Made by a program: the position numbers and the translations under genes. Under the pieces are notes generated by a model. That model was not told the origin of the DNA and did no database searches. It saw nothing but the letters and a program-made list of their open reading frames with translations. Below, one piece after another: positions 47,261-58,090 of a stretch of 64,000 nt of DNA; the first letter of the stretch is position 1; each line of letters starts with the position of its first letter. The stretch comes from Gnetum montanum (taxonomy: Eukaryota; Plantae; Gnetophyta): positions 338,988-402,987 of the forward strand of contig MNCI01000405.1 in NCBI GenBank assembly GCA_015680685.1, given 5' to 3'.

Positions 47261-50200
47261 CATGACATGTTTACACCATTATCCTTTGGCTAAGAAATAA
47301 AACACCTACGGATCAAAATCCTAAATGTTTGTCTTCTCGGTCTAACATTTCCATAAATGTTGTCTTGTAAACAATAAATGTATAATGATGTGATGTTTTA
47401 AAGAGACAACCATCCAAGCAAATCATAAAATTCCAAACCTTGCAATGTCTATCATCAAGAAAAGTTATATTTGTCCTCATTAGGCAGTATAAAGCCTATG
47501 GCCGTGGGATGATGAGATGTGAAACATGACATGATTCCCAATGGCATGCATGATGTGGTGAGACACATGACATGATTCCTCATGGCATGGTTTTGCAATA
47601 ACGGCATGTTCAAAATATATGGGATTGTAAGGAAACCATCGTGACCCTAAGCATAATCAAAATTTGGGTGCCCTGCAGAGCTACTATCCCACATTCGCAT
47701 TTTCTGTATGCACAGCCAAAGCTTGAATCCCATTCATTTGCATATCTAGTATGCGTGGGCAAATCTTGTATCCCTGAAATTTGCAATATGCATAGGTAGT
47801 GGAGGCAGTGAAGCTCTCTTGCAAGTCAAGCTTGTTTCCAGGTTTGTAGGTCAAGCTTGTTTCCAAGTTTTTTTTAGCTGTAGTATCTTTCTTGTTTTTG
47901 CATCACAAATTGCTTCCTAGTTACTCATTTGTTTTGTGCTTTCTAGTTACTCATTTGTTTTTTCATTTCTAGCTTTTTTCTAGATAATTTAGATGTATGA
48001 TTCAGATATTAACCCTCCCACATCATACCTATCAAACATTTTTCAATTACAAACCAAAACTGTGTTCAATTTCAGTGTCAGTTTACGTGACTTGTACTTT
48101 TTTTGACTTGTACTATAACGAGACATGTGATCATCTGTGACTCATAGGACATCATAGTTTTTAATAGAAATAAGATATAGATAGTGCAAATCTATTTGAC
48201 TTGCACTATTTTTGAAAATATATTCATATTGGAGAACTATGACCACATTGTGATGTGTAATTTCACAATCTACGAGTGACATGCAGCTCATAGTCTGCTA
48301 GCACTAGGACTATGATTGAACTATTACCTACAATCTAGTAGCACTAATTCTAATTTTTCTATTGAGTTTCACATTATGAGAAAACCATGAAGTTCTTCAT
48401 TAAAAAGATTTTTCTAAGGTCTTAGAAAGGAAATACATAACTTTATTTTTGCTCAAAGACATGGATTACAATGTACAAAGGTAGGAAACATACTCTCAAT
48501 GAGACAATTAATTAATAAAACTGTTACACTCTCTTACAATACAAGTTTGATCATATAAGTTCATCTATTTATTTTTGAATTGAGTGCTAACATTGTAGGC
48601 TCCTAAGATTTCATGGATCACTTCCAATAAGCTATTTTTGTAAAACCAATGTGTTACTATAAGTCAATTGCAGTAATACTATGACTTGAAATCAATACTT
48701 TAACCTATTAAAATATTAAGATGCATTGTTTAGAATGTTGACATCATGTGTCTTTCTTAGGTGGAGAAGGATTCTTATTGCATTTGGTTGTAAGCATTGA
48801 AGAAATTATGTTTTGATATCTTTAAAGTTATCTTATTGTTTAGTATTTTAAAGTTAGTAACTCATATATATCAATAGTAAGATGAATATTATTTTAATAT
48901 TTGATCATTGATAGTGTTTTGATGCAATATCAATATCTCTATATGCATGACATTTAAATGTTTTGGTGTGCTAAAATATATTAGCAATTTCTTCAATGTG
49001 TGCTAATAATGTTAATTTTAATGCAACATAGCTACAATTAGCTAATTATCTATGAAAATTTGCCTTCATAGTGGTTTTTGTTATTAAGGTTCTATTCAAT
49101 CATGAGTGTGGTAAAAGCTAAAGGGAATAGCAAAAGGGATCTTCCATGTGAGTAGTTGTATTTTTTGAATTATAGTTATTTCAAAAATATAGTAATACAC
49201 TTGTTGATCAATTTTTTTGTGTAATGTTATTTTAAATGTTATTTAATTTTCAAAATTACAACTATTACCTTAGTCTATGAACGTAATGTTGAAAGTATTC
49301 TGAAGTTGCTAGAAATGTCTATTCTTTCTAAGAAATTAAAGAGAATTGAAATTTATAATTGGATGATAATGCAAGGCTATTATGATAAATATGTTGTTTA
49401 CAATTTTTATGAATGGTTGACTAATTGTGTCTTAGTTGGAATAAATACTTTACAAGCCACTGTACAAGGTTAGAATTTCACCTTCAACACAAATGATAGT
49501 GCAAATATCATACAAGTTTCATGTAGCAATGAGCCAACTATCAAGGAATGAAGGTGAAAGAAAAATGAAAATCACTCAATTCAGTATGCCCAAAAATTTG
49601 ATAAGAAAGATAGCAACCCAAATTGCTATCTCTAGTTACTATTGTTTTTTAAATTTATGTAGTGGGCTTTATTTCCAATAAAAGTAATCAAAGATAAGAT
49701 TTCAAATAATGTAATTTTACTTATGTGGGCATTGGATAACAAGGAAGGTCTTGCTTTTAATATCTTAGTGTCCATACTATCTAAGATGAGGAGTCATGGA
49801 AGGGCATGGTAGCTTCATGATGCTAGAGAGTCTCTTGGATTTCCAATTATCATGAGCAAATTATTATAGAACATAACATATAAGATATCCCTACGCAACT
49901 TCAGGATATAGCGAAGTTGGATGCTAAAAGCATTTTCAGGAATGCATTATTGTCTAAGAGGCTTGAAAGCTCATCTGATGTGAAAGAAAATGATAAACCT
50001 TTTATAAAAGATGTGTTCCATCATGACAAATGTTCTTTGAAAGTAATTTAAGACAACTTAGATAATATGATTGAGACATTATGTCAATATTTCAAAAATA
50101 ATGCAACATTTTGGAATATTATGGAAGAGCTTAAATATTACAAGTCTCTGTTGCTAGAAGAAAACAATGCACTAAAGGCAAAAATAGAGAAATTTGTGGC

Positions 50201-50849
50201 TAATGAAAATAGTTGCATGGACAAACTTACTGTTTAGAATTAGAAAATGGGTGATGAAATTATAGTGCTAAATACTAAAATAGGTGTGCTAAGGAATGCA
50301 TTGGTGTCCAAAAACATTCATCCTGATAGAAGCAACATTATAGAAGATCTTAATAATGGTACCATGTTGTATAGTTTCTATATTTCTTTAAATCTTTATT
50401 ATATTTGGAAGCTTCTCTTTTAATGTTCTTAATGTAAATGTGTGTAACAAATTTGAATGATATGGAAACACCCAAAGGAGCTAGGAGATTATTTGTTTCT
50501 GCTACACAATAAAGAACAAATAATCCATGAGATGAAGAATTTATAGAAACCAACATGTAATTGAACTTAATATCGATGTTGCATATGTTATGTTTAGAAA
50601 TTTAAATTTGTAGTTTATTGCTGATCTTCTTATCTTATTATATGTATGAAACTATCATGGTAAAATGTATTCTGATTTTATTATCTAATATTTCCATTTT
50701 GCAGTTGATGCCAATGTTGATTTGAAAAGACCAATTGATGGTTATGAAACAATTGATAGAGGGGTGTAATTGCTTATCTTTGGTATGCTTGACAGTAAAG
50801 AGCTTGTGACAGCATCATTTTCCCCATATGTTGTCATAAAATTCTATTT

Positions 50850-51100
50850 TAGGAGTTTATATAAAAATAGATGGAAAGAATGGCTAGACAATGACATCAT
50901 AGATGTCTACATCATGCACTTGAAGAAGCTTTAGAAGTCACTCTATGTCTATCATGAATTTTAGAATAAAAAATATTTCATCTTCAATAGTGTGTTTTAA
51001 TCTTATATGAAGTCCTTCAAGAGAAAGATGCAAGTGTCTTAGATGAACCAGTCAAGACATAAATTAAAGAAAGGTAGCAAAGAGTCACAATTTCATGCAT
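50850..51100 (+). pseudogene. ULP1/peptidase C48 N-terminal catalytic-domain remnant carried by the MULE
   Basis: LYKNRWKEWLDNDIIDVYIMHLKK...YFIFNSVF matches the WLxDxxIxxY...xFNSxF signature. Preceded by intron-separated degenerate coiled-coil coding segments (49700-50350). Confidence 0.65.
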
Positions 51101-51104
51101 TATT

Positions 51105-52630
51105 TTCAACTTTTTGGCTTCTAAAAAGTAGAGGGTAATCTGGAAGTAAGGTTTAGATAAACTATGGGGAAGTGTGACTATCACCCTCCCATAGTTCCTT
51201 TTGAAAGGATACCAAACCTTCTCGTAGGGAATATTTGCTTCAAGTTTGTGGCTTCTAGAAGGTAGAAGGTCTTCTAGTAGCAAGGTCTACATAAATTACA
51301 AGGTAGTGCAACTGAAACCCTTCTGTGATCCCAATTGGAAGGTATTTAAATATTCTAGAAGGGAATAATTTCTTAGAGTTTGAGGCTACCAAAAGGCAGA
51401 GGATCATCTAAAAGGTTGAAGATCATCTAGAAGACATTCAAACCTTTTAAAAGGAAATAATTGATAGGAGTTTATGGCTTTTGGAAGGTAGAGGATCATC
51501 CAATAGCAAGTACTACATAAACTATGAGGTAGTGCAGCTACCATCCTCTTGCAGTCCTAACTAGAAGACATTTAGGCCTTTCGGAAGGAAATCATCACTT
51601 GGAGTTTAAGGCTACTAGTAGGTAAAGGGTCATTTGGAAGGTAGAAGATCAGCTTGAAGACATCCCGACCTTTCGGTAGGAAATAATTGGCTAGAGTTTA
51701 TGGCTTCTGGAAGGTAGAGGGTCATCTAGTAGTAAGTTCTATGTAAATAATGAGGCAGTGCAACTAGATCCTTCCTACAATCCCAACTAGTAGGTATTTA
51801 GATCTTCTAAGAGAGAATAATTACTTGGAGTTTAAGGCTACCTAAAGGTAAAGGGTTATACAAAAGGTTGAAGATCATCTAGAAGGCATCCAATCCTTAC
51901 AGTTAAGAGTAATTGGTTGGAGTTTGTGGCTTCCAAAAGGCAGAGGGTCATTTAGTAGTAAGTACTATGTAAAATATGATGCAATATGACTAGCATTCTT
52001 CCATAGTCCCAACTAGAAGGCATTTAGACCTTCTGGAAGGAAATAATTTCTTGGACTTTAAGGCTACTAGTAGGAAAAGGATCATCTAGAAGGCATTCAA
52101 ACCTTTCAGTAGGGAATAATTGCTTCAAGTTTGTGGCTTTCGAATGGCAAAGGGTCATCTAATAGCATGGTCTACGTAAACTATGAGATAGTGCAACTAG
52201 CATCCTCCCACAATCCCAACTAAAAGGCATTTAACCTTTCTGGAAGAAAGAAATTGGTCAAAGTTCAAGGCTACCAAAATGTTTTAGATCATCCAAAAGG
52301 CATTCAAATCTTTCAGAAGAGAATAATTGGTTGGATTTTATGGCTTCTAAAAGACAGAGGATCATTTGGTAGCAAGTACTACATAAACTGTGAAGTAGTG
52401 CAACTAGTACCCTACTGCAGTCCCAATCAAAAGACATTTAGACCTTCTAGAAGGGAATAATTGCTTGAAGTTTAAGACTACTGATAGGTATAGGGTTATT
52501 CGAAAGGCATCCAAACCTTATGGTAGAGAATAATTGGTTTGATTTTATGGCTTCTAGAAGACAGGGGATCATCTAGTAGCAAGGTCTACATAAACTATGA
52601 GGTAGTGCGACTACCATCCTCTAACAGTCT
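51105..52630. repeat. Higher-order tandem repeat (periods 132, 226 x3, 207 x3)
   Basis: Anchor gtttrtggctt at ~51112, 51244, 51470, 51696, 51922, 52129, 52336 and 52543. Confidence 0.92.
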
Positions 52631-54329
52631 TAATTTATTCAATGAGTGCAAATTTTGAAGACTACGAGACACCTATGTCTTGCAATGCTTTGGCACCTAT
52701 TTTAAATTTTCTATGAATTTTAGAGTATGATTAAACTATGATTTGTAGTAATGTAGAACTATTTCTATCACATTTTCTGTTTCACATTGTGAGTGGGATG
52801 TGATTTACAATAGTATTGCAGACAAAGAATTGAAGATTGTGAGAACATGTGGTTCGCATTGCTTTGCACTATTTATTGCACTATGATTACATGTGTTTCA
52901 CAATGCATCGCATTACTATAATATTTCAAACTACAAGATAAATGTAATATGCATGTTCCTATCACTATTTTCAACTTAGTTTCAGATTTTGACTATAAGG
53001 GAATTCATGCTTGTAGTGTACTAGCACTATTTTTTTTAATGTCTGTGACTAAACTGTAATTCACACGTTACTGACATTTTAAATTTTAGAGAGTGCAAAA
53101 GCACATGACTAGTAGTAAATGTAACATTTTGTTATTTTATGCCTATGTAAATGTCTTGTGCTTGTGATCTTTTCAACAATTAACACATTACAAATAATCT
53201 ATATCACATAGTATCTTGATATGGTGTAATTCAAAGGTTGAAGATTAAATGATGTAACCATTCTTCAACTTATCACTAAAATTTTTAGTCAATTCTTGTC
53301 AATTATTCATAGTACATTAATAACATCATAGGGAGAAACTTCAAAGATAACTTACTAAATTAGTCTTAAACGACCTCATTAATCAGTCACATTTAACACA
53401 AAAATCATTCATTTGATCATGGTATTCATTATAAAGAAAGTGCTAATAAGAGATCATGTACATACAAAAATATCAACAAAAAGTAATGTTAGAGTCACTA
53501 TGACTGTATACATATACATAGATGCAATGGCCTAGTCAAATCTTGTTGCATTGTTGTCTTGAACTTTGTTTGGTGCATCAGTCTGCATGAAATCTATCTC
53601 TGTTATAGTATCATCAATCCTAGTGACTAGTTTCTCCTCCATCCTAGTTATTTCTAATGGTCCTACCCCTAAGTCATGGATCGGAGTGTCCATCCTAATG
53701 AACTTGGGCTCAAGAATGTCCTTCATCTCCCCTGAACTACAGGACCCTCGCAATAACCAAAAATGTTCAAATGAGTATTTACCTACTGTTTGAACATTCA
53801 TAGCTAGGTAGGTAAGCCTCTTCTCCACCCATCTAAAATGATGATGCATGTTTGACTCCATGGCATCCATGTGGACAATCAACCTATCCTCCATTGCTTC
53901 TAAGTAGGCAAAAAGCATTACACCATCTCCAAACTATTATTGTTGTTGATCATGATGGATACAAGCAACCTACATCTTGTTAGTCTACCCATAAAACTCA
54001 TCTTGATTAGCCTTCTTCTAGGACATGTGGGTTTGGAAGCCAATTTAGATCATTAAGTCATGTCTTAGGAACACATTAGGTGTAAAATGCACATCCCAAA
54101 TGTGGCAACTAATCCTTACCAAAAACTTGCACTTCTCTATCATCCCCCTAAGGTTCAAGGATTTTCCAATGCCTAAAAAGAGCAATGAATTTTTGTTTTC
54201 CAATATCCATTTTCTTTACCTTTTTTTACCTCCATTTGTTGATTTGTATTATCCACCATGTCCACCTCATTGGTGACAGACCTTTAGCTAGTTGATCCCA
54301 ATGTCTCTAGTGTCATTCCAAGTTCTAAA

Positions 54330-56960
54330 GCATCTTTTTGGCTAGGGAACTGATGTGGCTAGAATGAATTTAGTTCCATAGGCACACTCAAATTATAAAA
54401 CTCATCTTGGAAAAAGAACTTGAATACATTGGTAAGACCCTTCACCTTAATAAGAACTTTCATTGTGTGCTTGCAAACATGACCAAGGAAAGACCATTTA
54501 CACTCATAAGATATATTAAAAGAAATACCTTTGAAACCTTGTGCCAAGTGTTTAGCCTTAAGCTATTTTAACTAATCACAACATATTCATCTTCCTTTTC
54601 TAGGAGTTGGACATAGTCAACATTAGATCTTTGTAAAGCCTTTTCCTGTGACTTCTTATTAAAATCTCTATTTTTCTTGTTTATGAAATATCCTATGGCT
54701 TTAATTCTTGAATTGTTCAAATAATATAGTTGTACCTTTTTCAAGCTCCATATAAGCCAATTGATCCTTTGGGATTTCCTATTTCTTATATCTCTTAAAA
54801 TGTTTTCCTTCAAAAATCCATGGTATGAATTTGCAGCATTATTTGTGTGTTATTATGCATGGGAAACATCACTGAATGCTTTAGTCCACATTTCTATAAA
54901 GAATTGATTAAAGACAAAACTAAGTATTAAAAAATGGGACAAGAGTCTATGATTGTGGATATGAACTTTTATGTAATGATAATAAGTACTAGAAACTCAC
55001 TAAATTTATCTCCATTTAACCATTGTGATTTTAAGTATTTAATGAATTCTGAGTTCTCTTGAAACCTATCAATAAATTTGTTTATTTCCACAAGAACATC
55101 TATAACAATTTTTCATTCATTCATAATATGATTAAGATTATCATCCATTGCTTTTCTCTAATTGTAATCTCTAACTTTGGTTGCCAAGTTCTTCCTCCAT
55201 GCCCTTCAAACATGCGAAATGCATAAAAAAAATTTCCTCCCAAAAATAGACTTGATAAATTATCAAATTTTAGCACATGTTAAGATATCTCAAACCAAGG
55301 TAGCATGATTTCAAATATGTTTTCAAATGCCATAAAATTTACCTCATTGCATTCATATTTTCCTTTGAGTCATCTAGCATGAAAGCATTTACTGTCCAAT
55401 TAGGCTCCTTAGCCTTGCCTCTTTGATGGAGCTTTGAAAGCCTTCTTATATTAGTTTTGGTGCCCCATGAGGATATGACCCATGCAATTGGAATTCCATT
55501 ATAATATGAATCAAAAACCATCATCATATGAAGATGGAAATGCAAAGAGAACCACATGTTTCTAATTAGTTAATGTATAATTCAACTATAACACCAAAAA
55601 TTTTTAAAATGGAATAATAGAACCTATTATTGAAACTTATACCATATTCGTTAGTGTTGAAAGTGGAATTCATTGCAAGGATACTATATTGAGATAAAGC
55701 TATCATCGTTTTGAGCATTTAAGGTGATTACAACCCGATGATCAATGGGAAACCTTGTTCTTAGTTCTCTTCCTAGTAGTAAAATAAAAAATCATGGGTT
55801 GTTTGGTATGATAGTAGGATACTAATTTTATCATGCTCACTTTTCTTGTAATTAGTGGTTACATTTGTGCAAATTTTTTTGATATCCTTTTAAACAATAA
55901 AGTGTTGGCACATGTTGGCCATTTAATGGAGCAAGATTTATGATTGCAAGAAGATGAGTATAGTAATGGAACATTGGGAAGCAAGAATAATAAGAACTCT
56001 TAGGTGGTTGATGAAGAGGAAGAAAGTGAAGATCTCCTAGTAGATTTTATTGATGGAGATTGCCAATTACCAAGTTGTGTTTCTAATTCCATGCTTAATA
56101 AATTTGCATCATCAAGGAAACTATAACATGAAGAAATTAAAGGCTTATGGGTATCATTAGCATGTTGTCTAAGATCGATGGATAAATATACAAGGCTCAT
56201 GCAAAAGATGGAAATAGTTAGTTTTGAAATTTTCAAGGGTATATGTCAATTGTTTAATGTATATTCTTACTTCATCTTTAAGAAGTTTGTCTAGCATGAT
56301 GCCTTGAACAACTATAAATTTTCTATGGAATGCTTGAACCTTAGACTAAAATATATTATGGTTAGGATAGTTCACAATGTTCATGAACAAGGGTAGAAAT
56401 TGCAAGGAGGACCAATGGCACCACCATCCCCACGTTACTGTATTACTTCAATGGTTCATTGCTTCAATGGGATGTTGCATCAATAAGTCCTATTCATCCA
56501 TCTGATCCAATGCAAGGGAGATTTCATGGTTTGAATATGGCTCTGAAAAATTATGGCACATGCCATTTTCACATGTAGAATTTTACAATCTTTTGTTAAA
56601 TGCAAATCAATGGAAAGAAATGGGTTGGCAAGTTTTAGCTCCATCGACCAATTTCAAGGGTGCTAGGGTGGTGGGTTTATCTCCTTTAAGAGCTTCTTGT
56701 TTTACACAAAACATTATCCAAAATTAGTTCAAAAATTTCTGCATAAACAAGGAAACATACGCTACTTCAAAATTTTTCTTGTACAACTTGCAACCCATCT
56801 ACTAGAAAATCTCCTTGTTTTAGGAAGGTTCACATTGCAACCTCTAGTCTTTTTGTTTTGAAGGGGAATCCAAAATCCTTCTGAAATGTTCCAGAAGTTA
56901 TGCATGATTTCCATGGCAATCCAACATCATTGCATGGCCAATGGAGTTAATTTTTTTAGT
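54330..56960 (-). pseudogene. Intron-containing MULE/SWIM transposase (At1g60560/At4g13970-like family)
   Basis: AMNSTFNTNEY; MMVFDSYYNGIPIAWVISS; AFMLDDSKENMNAMR; LCISHV*RAWRKNLATKV; HTNNAANSYHGFLK; SWIM ECKWSFLGHVCKH. Confidence 0.87.
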
Positions 56961-57188
56961 AGAGTGGATAATCTGTCACTCTAATTATATTGGCCACCTC
57001 CTTCCACTCTCTTCATGCCTACTTGCATCTGTCTAGCCTCGTCAAACATCCCAACATCCAGCTAGTTTAGCTTCCCTATCAAAAGAAACTCAATGACCAC
57101 AACAATGTAGGAGATGGTTAAAATGATGCACGGCTCCAAAGAAAAACTCGATACAAAAAGCAGAGGATTACGCAAAATGCAAACGCAG

Positions 57189-57465
57189 CATCAAGTGTAG
57201 GCTTTACTGGATAGTAAGCATGTCCATGTGGACAACATCGATTTTGATGACCACAAAGCACTCCATGTGGCCTCCTGCCAAGCTCACATGGATGTTGTTA
57301 AGCTCTTGCTCAATGTCAATGTCAAAGTCCCAAGGGCAGGTGCAAGCATAGTGGAACAACATGTTGGGATGACCTCATAGTGTCCTGTTCATGAAGCAGC
57401 AACATTCATGATCATGAGCAATGGATTCATCGAACACTTGCAAGCACATAGGTGTGCACATGTTT
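57189..57465 (+). pseudogene. Ankyrin-repeat gene fragment (ILK/ankyrin-kinase-like first repeat)
   Basis: V*ALLDSKHVHVDNIDFDDHKALHVASCQAHMDVVKLLLN, then *CPVHEAA...LQAH. Two in-frame TAG stops. Confidence 0.75.
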
Positions 57466-57512
57466 AGTTGGTTGGTTGCTTACAAAAAAGCTTCTAGTGG
57501 AGTTGAGAATGT

Positions 57513-58090
57513 TGTTAGCATGCATTACCCACTAATGTGCTTTATGCATTATTTAATGCATGAAAGTGGCCACCATGCCCACTAACATGCTTTTATGGGT
57601 TAGTTAATGCATGAAAGTGGCCACCATGCCCACTAACACGCTTTTATGGGTTAGTTAATGCATGAAAGTGGCCACCGTATCCACTAACGCATTTTTATGA
57701 GTTGGTTAATGCATCAAGGTAGTCTCCATATTCGGTAATGCATTTTTTATGCGTAGGCATTGGGTCTCATATGGTAACTGATTTCATGGCCTATAAATTT
57801 GTTTTTGATGGAAGAACAAAGGCACCATGAATCACAGCAGGATTGCAGTTCTAGTCTCTTTTACAAACGCTTCAAGATTGCATCCACCATCATTGCACAA
57901 TGCCCATGTGAAAGAAGAATCAGAACACCAAATTTAATTTGAGGCCTCAATGGCTGGAAGTTAGTTCCATTTGCTCAAGAATTGTGCATTTCTAGTTATT
58001 TATGCATGTGAATTTCTTATGCCATTTCTTCCACATTTTGTACTTTGATTACTTTTTCGATTTCATTTTCTACACAATTATTTTCTTACA
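57513..58090 (+). repeat. Copia 5' LTR with a 51-bp U3 repeat x3
   Basis: TGTTAGCA...TTACA followed by the PBS. aaagtggc anchors at 57563, 57614 and 57665. Confidence 0.88.

Larger units (their letters stand above)
47689..57188 (-). mobile_element. Mutator-like (SWIM-type) DNA transposon with a ULP1 protease remnant, 9.5 kb
   Basis: Internal transposase and ULP1 motifs are clear. Boundaries are inferred from a ~20-bp degenerate inverted repeat (CCACATTCGCATTTTCTGTA vs rc CTGCGTTTGCATTTTGCGTA) flanked by TATC/CATC. Confidence 0.6.

Noticed and set aside
51105-52630. Coding tandem repeat, or a ULP1 His motif (HYLIVYVDL) in the array
   Set aside because: The 226-bp period is not a multiple of three, the frames I translated contain stops, and the motif is on the strand opposite the ULP1 remnant.
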